IMG/VR virus record: IMGVR_UViG_3300048850_000064
Span: 39,743-103,742 of that record
From: a virus
Taxonomy: Duplodnaviria; Heunggongvirae; Uroviricota; Caudoviricetes
Strand: one strand, 5' to 3'
DNA length: 64,000 nt
The notes under the pieces are model-generated. The model was not told where the DNA came from. It saw only the letters and a program-made list of their open reading frames with translations, and did no database searches. The translations under genes and the position numbers were made by a program. This document shows positions 1 through 8,912 of the stretch, piece by piece. The first letter of the stretch is position 1. Each line of letters starts with the position of its first letter.

Positions 1-147
1 GGCGAGCACGCCAAGAAGCAGGAAGCTGCCGCGCGCAAGGCGGATGAGGAGAGCGCGCGTCTTGCTCGGGAAGCCGAAAGCCGCAAGTCGACTGCCGGCC
101 GCGCTTCCGAACTCGCCGACAAATATCGGGGTCTGATCGCCTCGTAA
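1..147 (+). CDS. 3' end of an upstream CDS (partial), K/E/A-rich tail
   Basis: Open frame from window edge to TAA at 145-147. Confidence 0.35.
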   Translation, partial: GEHAKKQEAAARKADEESARLAREAESRKSTAGRASELADKYRGLIAS

Positions 148-189
148 AAAAATCGTCGCTGCCTGCGACGTCCCTTGCAGAAAGTGCTA

Positions 190-235
190 TAACGAAAGAA
201 CGAAAGCACGAAAGAACGAAATTCTGACGTGCTCT
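190..235. repeat. Tandem 8-bp iterons ACGAAAG(A/C) x4
   Basis: 'gaaagaacgaaagcacgaaagaacgaaa' read directly; AAGCACGAAAG core recurs at ~49488, 52735, 55640(rc), 57580(rc). Confidence 0.55.
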
Positions 236-298
236 CGACCGCCCTCAAGGCACGAACCTGCGAACCTGCTATCTGCGAACCAAAGGATAAAGCGCAAA

Positions 299-1258
299 AT
301 GGCTCTCTCTCCCGAACTGCGTAAGCTCGTCTCCAACGCCGCGAACAAGTATTCGCGCTCGAGCGGATCGCGCATCAAGCCGAAGGAAGGTGCGAACCGC
401 TACCGTTTCTTCATTCCCGAAAAAGCTGAATGGCTCCCGGCCAACGGTCAGTTCTGGGCCGATCTCGGCGTCTACTGGATCAAGGCCGAGGAAAACGGCA
501 AGCCGCTCGCCGTCGTCGGCTCCAAGTCCGTCGTCTACCAGCAGCCCGACGAAATCGCGACCGCGATCGACCGCGCCATCCAGACGGCGATCGACGAGGA
601 TTCGAAGAAGCTCTACGAGAGCTGGCGCGCCAAGACGTCGATCCTGGTCAACGTCCTCGATCGTTCGAAGGGTTCCTCGAACCCGGATGAGCCGCAGATC
701 CTCGAGCTCTCGCCGACCACCTGGGGCAAGGTCATGGCTGTCATTCAGCAGTATGGCGACGAAGGTGAAGACGTGCTCGATCCGGTCAACGGCATCGACC
801 TCATCATCACCCGCTCCGGCAAGGGCCTCAACACCGAATATTCGGTCAACGTCGCTCCCGGCAAGTCGCAGCCCGTTCCGCCGGCCGCTCTCAAGGGCTC
901 GCACGACCTCGCCGCGCATATCGAGAAGGAGTTCTTCCGTGGTGACGAGCCGAAGGCGCTCGCTGCCATCGCGCAGATCTCCGGCGTTGCACTGCCGCGC
1001 CTGACGAGCGCAGCCGGCTCGGCCCGCACGCCGACCGCAGCTCTTTCGTCTGCCGCTGCAGCCGTCGAGGACGCTGACGAAGCCGAACTCGCCGCTGTTG
1101 CCGATCTCGACGACACGGTCGTCGAAGAGGTCGAAGAAGTGGTCGAGGAGAAGACGGCGGCTCCCACCCGCACCGCAGCGAAGGCGACCGCCAAGGCTGC
1201 TGCTGTGGAAGACGAGGACGATGTCGACGACATCCTCGCTGGTCTCGACGACCTCTAA
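299..1258 (+). CDS. Single-stranded DNA-binding protein-like (T7 gp2.5-style) with acidic C-terminal tail
   Basis: 319 aa ORF; C-terminus EDEDDVDDILAGLDDL typical of phage SSB acidic tails; first gene of early operon before exonuclease/RecA. Confidence 0.45.
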   Translation: MALSPELRKLVSNAANKYSRSSGSRIKPKEGANRYRFFIPEKAEWLPANGQFWADLGVYWIKAEENGKPLAVVGSKSVVYQQPDEIATAIDRAIQTAIDEDSKKLYESWRAKTSILVNVLDRSKGSSNPDEPQILELSPTTWGKVMAVIQQYGDEGEDVLDPVNGIDLIITRSGKGLNTEYSVNVAPGKSQPVPPAALKGSHDLAAHIEKEFFRGDEPKALAAIAQISGVALPRLTSAAGSARTPTAALSSAAAAVEDADEAELAAVADLDDTVVEEVEEVVEEKTAAPTRTAAKATAKAAAVEDEDDVDDILAGLDDL

Positions 1259-1408
1259 TCTTCAGTAGCCGACGGCGCCCCGTTTGCCGTTCTCCAGGGC
1301 GCCGTCACTTCGACCGCTTTCTCCTTCGGGCGGTCGATCAAGCGGGGCGGTGCGACAGGTATCTCGTTCGCGCCGCCCCTTGCTGTCTCAAGCACTGAGG
1401 ATTTCCGG

Positions 1409-2374
1409 ATGAATAGATATTTGCTGATCGACGGGCCGAACCTCACCCACGCCGCGCAAGGCGCGAAGAAGCTGACGGTGGGCGAGACGGAAGTCCAGGC
1501 GATCTACACCTTCCTGCGCATCATGCGCAGCCTCATGGGCACCTACGGCATGATGAAGCCGATCGTGCTCTGGGATGGCGCCTCGTGGCGCAAGATGCTG
1601 TTTCCCGAATACAAGGAAGGCCGCGAGAAGAACCACACGCCGGCCTATCAGAAGGCGCAGGCCGAAAAGGATTCTGCCAAGAAGCAGATGCCGGCGATCA
1701 AGAAGGCGCTGACGCTGATCGGCGTCGACCAGGTGCGCGCCTCGAACATGGAAGCCGACGACCTCGCTGCGATCCTCGCCGACCGTTACGTCGCCCGTGG
1801 CGACAAGGTGATGCTGATCTCCGGCGACAAGGACTGGATCCAGCTCGTCGGTCCCGGCATCTCCTGGTTCGACCCGATCAAGGATCGCAAGATCCGCAAG
1901 ATCGAGGACGTCAAGGAGCACCTCGGCTACGAGCTCGCCGATTTCAGCCAGTTCGTCGAAATGAAGGCGCTGATGGGCGATTCCGGCGACAGTGTGCCGG
2001 GTGTCGGCGGGATCGGCGACAAGGGCGCACAGGAATTCTTCCGAGCCTATACCTCGTGGGCGAACTTCTCCAACATGGCCCTCGACGGCTCCCTCGATAT
2101 CAACCTGGTCGGCCCGAAGTTTCGCAAGGCCCTGCAGTCGCTCGCCGACGACGAGGGCAAGCGCATCGCATTCGCGCGCAACATGAAGCTGGTCGACCTG
2201 CGCACCAAAGAGCGCCCCGATCCGATCAATCTGTCGATCACCAGGGGCGAGGCCGACAAGGGCCGCTTTGAGGAGTTCTGCCGGCGCCTCGTATTCCAGT
2301 CGATCCTCAAGGATCTCGACACCTGGCTTTCCGTCTTCGATGCGTTCCGGCCGCCGTGGGAGGACGCAGCATGA
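1409..2374 (+). CDS. 5'-3' exonuclease / flap endonuclease (PIN + H3TH, Pol I 5'-nuclease family)
   Basis: Motifs LIDGPNL, MEADDL, ISGDKDWIQL, GVGGIGDKGAQ characteristic of T5 D15/T4 RNaseH-type 5' nucleases. Confidence 0.8.
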   Translation: MNRYLLIDGPNLTHAAQGAKKLTVGETEVQAIYTFLRIMRSLMGTYGMMKPIVLWDGASWRKMLFPEYKEGREKNHTPAYQKAQAEKDSAKKQMPAIKKALTLIGVDQVRASNMEADDLAAILADRYVARGDKVMLISGDKDWIQLVGPGISWFDPIKDRKIRKIEDVKEHLGYELADFSQFVEMKALMGDSGDSVPGVGGIGDKGAQEFFRAYTSWANFSNMALDGSLDINLVGPKFRKALQSLADDEGKRIAFARNMKLVDLRTKERPDPINLSITRGEADKGRFEEFCRRLVFQSILKDLDTWLSVFDAFRPPWEDAA

Positions 2375-2577
2375 AGTGGTCGTTCGTCAAGTTTGAGTGG
2401 ATCGGAAGATCCGGCGCCGCAGAGGTCACGCTTCGGAAGCATCGCTGGTTCCGCAAGCCGGTTGAGCACAAGTTCCGCGGCCGCTGCACGGTCTGGCGGG
2501 ACACCGAGACCGGCCGGCGAGCGCCCCAGTATCTCGACATGTATCTGGCCGATATCTGGTCTTCGGAGGTAATATGA
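2371..2577 (+). CDS. Hypothetical small protein
   Basis: ATGA overlap with upstream stop at 2372-2374. Confidence 0.45.
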   Translation: MKWSFVKFEWIGRSGAAEVTLRKHRWFRKPVEHKFRGRCTVWRDTETGRRAPQYLDMYLADIWSSEVI

Positions 2578-3125
2578 ATCTTCACATCGAAAGACCCGAG
2601 GCGGCAGTCGAGCATCTGCGCACCTACGGCTATGCTCCCGGCGGGTATCTGTGCCGCTGCGCCGAGGAAAATTGCGAGAGCTACGACGGTATCCGGCAGC
2701 TCGACGAAACGCCCCGTCTCGGCACCTTTATCGGCGACAAGCGCGCCTGGCGCTGCCGGCCCTGCGCCGAGAAGCTGCTCGCCGAAAGCCTGGCAAGGAA
2801 GTCGGACGAGCCGGTGCGCATGCCGCAGCTCGTGCGCGACAAGATGGTGCCGCGCGAGGGCTACAACGAGACCAATCATCAGGTCTCAAGGCCGGTCGCC
2901 ATCGCGCTCCTCGTCGGCAAGCTGCACTCGGAAGTCGCCGAGCTCTCCCTCGATCTCACCAATCCGGACGAATATGGCGACGTCCTCGAGATCCTCATGT
3001 CGATCGCCAAGCTGAACGGTGTTTCCGCAAGCGCGATCGACGCGGCGCGCCAGCGCAAGACCGAAATCAAGGGCGGCTTCGAAACCGCTAATTTTTGGAC
3101 GCCAGAGGCATTCATAAATGACTGA
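2574..3125 (+). CDS. Cys-rich N-terminus + MazG-like nucleotide pyrophosphohydrolase domain protein
   Basis: C-terminal EVAEL...DEYGDVLEIL resembles MazG EExxE...D metal-binding helix pair; ATGA coupling. Confidence 0.4.
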   Translation: MNLHIERPEAAVEHLRTYGYAPGGYLCRCAEENCESYDGIRQLDETPRLGTFIGDKRAWRCRPCAEKLLAESLARKSDEPVRMPQLVRDKMVPREGYNETNHQVSRPVAIALLVGKLHSEVAELSLDLTNPDEYGDVLEILMSIAKLNGVSASAIDAARQRKTEIKGGFETANFWTPEAFIND

Positions 3126-3552
3126 TCAGACCGAAGACAGCAATCCCAAGCAGAAGATCGAGGCTGCGGTCAATCGCGCCGGCAAGTCCTTCGACACGCT
3201 GGTCAAGGAGATCGAGAAGATCGAAGGGCTTACGACCGAGCAGATCGAGCTCTCCTTCCGGCACCTGGCACATCTGCTCGAAATGGCTCGCCAGCGCGCC
3301 TTCTTCGCGCAGCAGGTCACCGGCTTCTCGCTCGACAAGCCGGTCATCTTCGACATGAGCACGATCCGGCCGGCCGTCGCACCGATCGCCTCGACCCGCC
3401 CGTCGCTCCCGCGCACCGCCGACGGCCTCATTCCCGGCGAGCGCCTGAGTGGATCCGGCCCGCGCCGGCGCCGCCCGCCGCCCATCGACAGTTTCGCCGA
3501 CGACGCCAAGGAAGCGGCGTCGAGCGACGAAGACGCATTCCTGGATGAATAG
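3118..3552 (+). CDS. Hypothetical protein
   Basis: 144 aa ORF, overlaps upstream stop by 8 nt. Confidence 0.5.
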   Translation: MTDQTEDSNPKQKIEAAVNRAGKSFDTLVKEIEKIEGLTTEQIELSFRHLAHLLEMARQRAFFAQQVTGFSLDKPVIFDMSTIRPAVAPIASTRPSLPRTADGLIPGERLSGSGPRRRRPPPIDSFADDAKEAASSDEDAFLDE

Positions 3553-3565
3553 AAGGAGATTTGAA

Positions 3566-4651
3566 ATGGCATCTGCAGAAGACATCGCCAAGGCGCTTGG
3601 CGACGTGGTTGGCGTCAGCGACGAGGAGTCGACCGTCAAGTCGTTCCTCGACACCGGCTATCCGGAGCTCAATCACGCGCTCTCGAACGGCTGGGACAGC
3701 GGCCTGCCGGTCGGGCGCTGCATCGAAATCTACGGGCCTGAATCGTCCGGCAAGACGGCCGTTGCCTCCGCCGCAATGATCGCGGCGCAGCGGCAGGGCG
3801 GTTTCGCCGGCTTCAACGACCATGAACGGTCGTTCCAGCAGTATCTCTCCGAAGGTCAGGGGCTCGATGCGCGCCCTGGTCGCTTCCTCTACAAGAAGCC
3901 CAAGACCTTCGAGGAGAGCCTCGAGATCGCCGTCAAGACGGCCGTGGTGCTGCGCGAGAAGGCGCTCATCGACGGCAATGCGCCGATCTGCTGGACCTTC
4001 GACTCCCTCGCTTCGATGGTGCCGCACTCGGCGATGTTCGACACCAAGGGTAAGGAAAAGGATCCGAGCAAGCGCTCGATGCACGACAACACCGCGCTGG
4101 CGCGTGCGACCTCGGCCCACTTCCCGGCCTTCGCCCAGCACTGCGACGATTACGGCATCTGCGCCCTGTTCCTCAACCAGATCCGCATGAATATCGGCGT
4201 CGTCTACGGTAATCCGGAGACCACGCCGGGCGGCAAGGCGCCGAAGTTCTACTTCTCGCAGCGCATCGCTTTGAAGGCGCAGAAGATCACCAAGGGCGAG
4301 GGTGACAACGCCGAGGTCATCGGCTCGCAGATCACGGCCAAGATCATCAAGAACAAGATCACCCGGCCGTTCCGCACCGCGACCTGGCGCTTCGAGTTCA
4401 AGCCCGATGGCACCGGCTATTTCAACGTCTACCGCTCGATGGTCGACTTCCTGGTCTCCGAGGGCAAGCTGAAGAAGTCCGGCGCCTATATCGAGTGGAT
4501 CGACGGCAAGAAATACTATGCCGGCCCGCTCGCTGCGAAACTCGAGGAGGAAGGTGCGATCAACGACCTCAAGGCACTGCTGCCGGCCGTCTACGAGCCC
4601 GCGGTCGTCGCCGAGCTCGATATCGAACCGACGCTCGAAGCTGCGGAGTAA
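3566..4651 (+). CDS. RecA-family recombinase (RecA/UvsX-like)
   Basis: RBS aaggag at 3553; Walker A CIEIYGPESSGKT identical to RecA core; ~360 aa. Confidence 0.8.
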   Translation: MASAEDIAKALGDVVGVSDEESTVKSFLDTGYPELNHALSNGWDSGLPVGRCIEIYGPESSGKTAVASAAMIAAQRQGGFAGFNDHERSFQQYLSEGQGLDARPGRFLYKKPKTFEESLEIAVKTAVVLREKALIDGNAPICWTFDSLASMVPHSAMFDTKGKEKDPSKRSMHDNTALARATSAHFPAFAQHCDDYGICALFLNQIRMNIGVVYGNPETTPGGKAPKFYFSQRIALKAQKITKGEGDNAEVIGSQITAKIIKNKITRPFRTATWRFEFKPDGTGYFNVYRSMVDFLVSEGKLKKSGAYIEWIDGKKYYAGPLAAKLEEEGAINDLKALLPAVYEPAVVAELDIEPTLEAAE

Positions 4652-4654
4652 GGC

Positions 4655-4870
4655 ATGAAATCCTACGACGTGCGGCTCGTCCGCACCGTCTCGCAGAAAG
4701 TCCGCACCACCGTCCCGGTTGAAGCCGGGACGGAGGCGGAAGCGATCACCAAGGCCAAGGCGAAAGCCGAAAATCATCCCGAGATCTGGTCCGTTACTTT
4801 GGGCGAGCGGGAAGTTTCCGGCGATATCGAAGTCGAGGCTGTGGAAGAAATCGTCGAGTTGGAAGAATGA
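4655..4870 (+). CDS. Hypothetical protein
   Basis: 71 aa ORF immediately after RecA-like gene. Confidence 0.45.
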   Translation: MKSYDVRLVRTVSQKVRTTVPVEAGTEAEAITKAKAKAENHPEIWSVTLGEREVSGDIEVEAVEEIVELEE

Positions 4871-4963
4871 ACGGCAAACGGCCGGGCAGGATTCACATTT
4901 TGTTCACGGGCTGCTATATGCTTTGCTATATCATTTCAACGTTTTGATACAGCGAGGCATATC

Positions 4964-5488
4964 GTGAAGGTCATCAGCATTTGGCAACCGTGGGCGTCAT
5001 TGGTCGTTCATGGCATGAAGTTCTTCGAGACCCGCACCTGGCCCGCTCCGAAATCGGTAATCGGCCAGACGCTCGGCATCGCCGCGACGAAGAGCATCAC
5101 GCCGGATCAGCGGTCGGCCTATGCCGATCCCGAGTTCCAGTTCTTCTACGAGCAGAGCGGGCTGCCGCCGCTCGAGGAGCTGCCGCGCGGCATGCTGCTT
5201 GGCACGGTGACGCTGGACTCGATCGAACAGGTTACGGAAGACTTCATCGAGGACATCACGCTCGAGGAACAGGCCTTCGGCTGGTATCAGCTCGGTGGCT
5301 ACGCCTGGCGCCTCAAGCATGCGCGTCCGTTGAAGCATCCAATCCCGATCCAGGGGAAACAGGGTATCTACGATTGGCGAGGTTTCGATGTTGGACAAGG
5401 CAAGGAAGCGTTTGAAGAAGGAAGGCTATCGGGAGGCCTTGATAAAGGTCGGCCGGCGGACCTACGGAGCAATATACACACACTCTAG
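4964..5488 (+). CDS. ASCH (PUA-like) domain protein
   Basis: N-terminus MKVISIWQPWASLVV matches ASCH signature; 3' end overlaps the next ORF by ~100 nt. Confidence 0.5.
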   Translation: MKVISIWQPWASLVVHGMKFFETRTWPAPKSVIGQTLGIAATKSITPDQRSAYADPEFQFFYEQSGLPPLEELPRGMLLGTVTLDSIEQVTEDFIEDITLEEQAFGWYQLGGYAWRLKHARPLKHPIPIQGKQGIYDWRGFDVGQGKEAFEEGRLSGGLDKGRPADLRSNIHTL

Positions 5489-5804
5489 CGGTGACAGCTT
5501 CTATCTGGCTTTCCGCCGCGCCAAGGACGTGTTCCGGGATGGCGAGTTGTCCATCTCGGACGCAGTGCGCAAGGGCAAGGCTATCTGGGCGCTCGACCAC
5601 GACACGCTTTTGAAGCTGCGCCGGCAGGGCGTCGAAAAGATCGGCATTCTCAACTACGACGACAACGAATCCTACTGGACCGACCTCGAGACCTATATGG
5701 ATTCCAAGGTCGCCCCGCCGCGCGACTATCGCCGGCGCGGTGGAGCCGTCCAGCGCTATCTCCCCTTTCATGCATTCGGCGAGCGCCGGCCTTTTCTGGC
5801 ATAG
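5388..5804 (+). CDS. Hypothetical protein (5' boundary uncertain)
   Basis: 138 aa ORF overlapping ASCH ORF in another frame. Confidence 0.35.
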   Translation: MLDKARKRLKKEGYREALIKVGRRTYGAIYTHSSGDSFYLAFRRAKDVFRDGELSISDAVRKGKAIWALDHDTLLKLRRQGVEKIGILNYDDNESYWTDLETYMDSKVAPPRDYRRRGGAVQRYLPFHAFGERRPFLA

Positions 5805-5845
5805 CGTAGTCAGTCACTAATAACTGATTGCATCCCGCTGCGCGC

Positions 5846-5883
5846 TTGCTATAACGATAATCGAAAGTCAGCAATGACTGATT
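5846..5883 (+). promoter_or_regulatory. Phage promoter/operator signature (TTGCTATAAC + AGTCAGCAATGACTGATT palindrome)
   Basis: Motif read directly; second imperfect palindrome at 5808-5829. Confidence 0.55.
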
Positions 5884-5902
5884 GGGAAGCGAGAGACACA
5901 AT

Positions 5903-6100
5903 ATGAAAACCACATTCCAGGTGCGCGCCGAGCGCACCGTCACCCTTGAAGATCTGCACATGCTGGAAGTGTTCGTCCTGCCCGAATACGAGATCGAGGC
6001 GGAGGACTGCGACGAGGCGCTCGAGGAGTTCTACTGGCACGCGCCGATCGTCGATCACTCCCACTTCACCGTCCAGATCGTCGGAGGACATGCCCGATGA
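5903..6100 (+). CDS. Hypothetical small acidic protein
   Basis: ATGA overlap with 6097 gene. Confidence 0.5.
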   Translation: MKTTFQVRAERTVTLEDLHMLEVFVLPEYEIEAEDCDEALEEFYWHAPIVDHSHFTVQIVGGHAR

Positions 6101-7182
6101 TCTACGGCATCGCCTCTGATCTGCACTGCCATGCCTGGTCGACGTTCGCGACGATCGACAGCGACGGTGTCAATTCGCGCCTGCGCATCATTCTTTCCGA
6201 GCTCGAGCGCACGGCCGCTGCCATCCAGAAGGCGGGCGGCAAGCTGCTCGTCATCGCCGGCGACATCTTCCACACCCGCGGCTCGCTCGATCCGGAAGTC
6301 CTCAATCCGACGCAGGACACCTTCCGCAAGATCCTCGATACCGGCGTCGAGATCGCCTTCATTCCCGGCAACCATGATCTGAAGGGTAAGGACGCCTCGG
6401 CGCTGACGAGCGGAGCCCAGACGCTCGGCGAGACCTTCTCGACCGAAGCGACGGTGCGACCCTTCAACGTTCCGGCGCGCTGGGACAACATCGCCTTCCT
6501 GCCGTGGCGCGAAAGCATTGACGAGCTGATCGCCTCGGCGCGCAAGCTTGCCGGCGAATGCGGTAGCCAGCTCAGCCAGACCGACCTGATCATCCACGCC
6601 GGCATCGATGGCACACTTGCGACCATGCCGCCGCGCGGACTGACGGCCGGCCGGCTCGCAGCGCTTGGCTTCCGGCGCGTCTTCGCCGGCCACTATCACC
6701 ATCACGTCGATCACGGCGGCGGGGTCTATTCGATCGGCGCGACGACGCACCAGACCTGGTCAGACGTCAATTCCAAGGCCGGCTTCCTGATCGTCAGCGA
6801 CGACAAGGTGCAGTTCCACGAAAGCCGTGCGCCGCGCTTCATCGATATTACCGGTATGGACGTCGAGGAGATGGAAGCGACCGTGCCGAACAACTATGCC
6901 CGCTTCCGCGGTGAGGGCTTTACGCCCGAGCAGCTCAAGGAGCTGAAGGAGTGGCTGTTCGAGGCCGGCGCCAAGGGCGTGTCGATCCAGGTGCCGAAGT
7001 CGACGACCATTGTCCGCACCGGCGCGACCGGCGCCAAGTCGAAGGCCGTCACCCTCGACCAGTCGGTGCTCGACTATGTCGACGCCGCAAAGGACATTCC
7101 GGCGCATATTGACCGCGATAGTATCAAGCGAGAATGCGCCGACGTCCTCTCAAGTGCCAAAGCAGTATACGAAGAAGCCTGA
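6097..7182 (+). CDS. Mre11/SbcD-like nuclease (calcineurin-like phosphoesterase; T4 gp47-like)
   Basis: DLHCH, GDIFH, IPGNHD metallophosphatase motifs; partner Rad50-like ATPase at 8909. Confidence 0.7.
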   Translation: MIYGIASDLHCHAWSTFATIDSDGVNSRLRIILSELERTAAAIQKAGGKLLVIAGDIFHTRGSLDPEVLNPTQDTFRKILDTGVEIAFIPGNHDLKGKDASALTSGAQTLGETFSTEATVRPFNVPARWDNIAFLPWRESIDELIASARKLAGECGSQLSQTDLIIHAGIDGTLATMPPRGLTAGRLAALGFRRVFAGHYHHHVDHGGGVYSIGATTHQTWSDVNSKAGFLIVSDDKVQFHESRAPRFIDITGMDVEEMEATVPNNYARFRGEGFTPEQLKELKEWLFEAGAKGVSIQVPKSTTIVRTGATGAKSKAVTLDQSVLDYVDAAKDIPAHIDRDSIKRECADVLSSAKAVYEEA

Positions 7183-7236
7183 CGCTTCCCGCAAGTGTCT
7201 ATGCTATAAAGATACTTAGAGACACAGGAGAACATA

Positions 7237-7614
7237 ATGACTCAGTTCTATACGGTTATTATCGAGAAGCGGCATGTAATCTCGAAGTTCGACGAGCGCG
7301 GCAGGAAGATCGGCGAGACCGAGACGACCGTCGAGCAGACCATCGCCGACCTGCCCTGGCAGACGGCGCAGATGTATCAGCAGAAGACGCCGTCCTGCCG
7401 GATCATCAAGCAGGACATGGCCGGCTTTGGCGACAAGCGCAATCACCGTGTCCGCTTCGGCGACACGAAAACTGGCAAGAGCCAGCGCGCCGAGCCGACC
7501 AAGCTCGACATGCCGGTCGCCAAGAAACCGACGGCCGCTCCCGGCGCTGGTCTGCGCAAGGCCGCAGAGACCGGCGATCTCGCAGCAGCCATCAACGCAG
7601 GAGAAGCAGCATGA
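7237..7614 (+). CDS. Hypothetical protein
   Basis: 125 aa; RBS-like caggag upstream. Confidence 0.5.
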   Translation: MTQFYTVIIEKRHVISKFDERGRKIGETETTVEQTIADLPWQTAQMYQQKTPSCRIIKQDMAGFGDKRNHRVRFGDTKTGKSQRAEPTKLDMPVAKKPTAAPGAGLRKAAETGDLAAAINAGEAA

Positions 7615-8051
7615 AGGCGATCGATATCGCAAAAGGCGTCCTGGAGTTGTTCCAGGACGATAAGGCGTGGCTGCAGGGCGATTTCGCCGGCTTCTACGTC
7701 GAGGAGAATGGAGAGACATACGTCGACACCTTCACGACGCCGGATAGTGACGACGCAACCTGTTACTGCCTGCAGGGTGCGGTCGACAAGGTCGCCGGCT
7801 ACTCGTTCTTCTCCAACGATCACGGCGACGACGTGATTGAGGAACAGCCCGAGATCGCCAAGGTGGCGATCACCATGATGACCGTGCTCGAGGAGCACCA
7901 CGAGGCGGTTGATCGCGAAGATGTAAAGCGCGTCTCCGACCGTTTCGAGCCAATTGTCTCCTGGAACGACCGCACTGGTCGAACGGTCGCCGAGGTGCGC
8001 GAGTTCGTCCGCGAGGTCATCGTCCGGCTCGAGAAGGAGACCGCAGAATGA
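7611..8051 (+). CDS. Hypothetical protein
   Basis: ATGA overlap at 7611-7614. Confidence 0.5.
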   Translation: MKAIDIAKGVLELFQDDKAWLQGDFAGFYVEENGETYVDTFTTPDSDDATCYCLQGAVDKVAGYSFFSNDHGDDVIEEQPEIAKVAITMMTVLEEHHEAVDREDVKRVSDRFEPIVSWNDRTGRTVAEVREFVREVIVRLEKETAE

Positions 8052-8389
8052 TGCGCGCCCCGCAGGACGAGGAATTCCTCAAGACCCGTCGTATCAGTGT
8101 CGGTCGGAAAGAGCTGACGATCCCGAAGGAAGGGATCGACGTGACGAACAATCCGGTCGTCGTCTCCTCCGGCGCCGCGCGCATGGAGATGCCCGCGACC
8201 ACATTCAAGTGGACGGTCAAGGCGGGCGACGACCTGGTGAAGGCATTGCGGCCGTATATCCACGAGCAGATCAAGGGCCTGCCGGCCAACCATTTCATCG
8301 CGATCGAGGGCGAGATTGGCTACAGCACCGCTCGCGAAGAGGTGCTCGAGGCCCTCAAGATCACGGTCATCGTTCCGGAGGCGCAGTGA
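8048..8389 (+). CDS. Hypothetical protein
   Basis: ATGA overlap. Confidence 0.5.
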   Translation: MMRAPQDEEFLKTRRISVGRKELTIPKEGIDVTNNPVVVSSGAARMEMPATTFKWTVKAGDDLVKALRPYIHEQIKGLPANHFIAIEGEIGYSTAREEVLEALKITVIVPEAQ

Positions 8390-8679
8390 TGGTGTTTCGG
8401 CTCGACGCACCGACAATCCCGCTCGACCAGATTCAGTGGGACGAGATAGGCGAGGATGGCGATCCGAAGCAGCGGCTGCTCGCCCATGTCCGGATCGGTT
8501 CGCTCGACATGCATCTGGAAGCCCGCGAGATCGACACTGACGGCGACGGTTATCAGACGACCAAGTGCTATTCGGACGATCACGACACGCTCTGCAATAT
8601 GAGCGACGTGCCAAGCTTCCAGACACTGATGATCAACGAGCGCGAATATTTCCTGTTCGCCCTGCCCTTCGGAGACTGA
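8389..8679 (+). CDS. Hypothetical protein
   Basis: TGATG coupling at 8387-8391. Confidence 0.45.
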   Translation: MVFRLDAPTIPLDQIQWDEIGEDGDPKQRLLAHVRIGSLDMHLEAREIDTDGDGYQTTKCYSDDHDTLCNMSDVPSFQTLMINEREYFLFALPFGD

Positions 8680-8681
8680 CG

Positions 8682-8912
8682 ATGGGCGACTGGGTAGCGC
8701 AGACACGCGGTAAGTATCGTGGTCGCGTCGGCGTGATTGTCGATGATGACGGACGCGGCTCGTATATCATCGTTCGCTTCGGCGCAGGCGGCCCGGAATC
8801 GGTGCTCAAGAGAACGTCCACGCGTCGCGCGACGCGGTCGGAGATTGCCGAAAAGCTCGGCTGCCGGCCGGTCGATCTTCCCTATTATCTCAAAGTGAGA
8901 CATCCCGAATGA
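8682..8912 (+). CDS. Hypothetical protein
   Basis: 76 aa ORF, ATGA overlap with 8909. Confidence 0.45.
   Translation: MGDWVAQTRGKYRGRVGVIVDDDGRGSYIIVRFGAGGPESVLKRTSTRRATRSEIAEKLGCRPVDLPYYLKVRHPE

Noticed and set aside
390-1233. Alternative-frame ORFs (390-1004 plus strand, 745-1233 minus strand) overlapping the SSB-like gene
   Set aside because: They are S/R/T-rich low-complexity translations of the same GC-rich DNA. The 299-1258 frame has the coherent protein-like composition and the acidic tail.
3428-4777. 449-aa minus-strand ORF
   Set aside because: It is antisense to the RecA-like gene. It is arginine/glycine/aspartate-rich, typical of spurious open frames on the complement of high-GC genes, and has no motifs.
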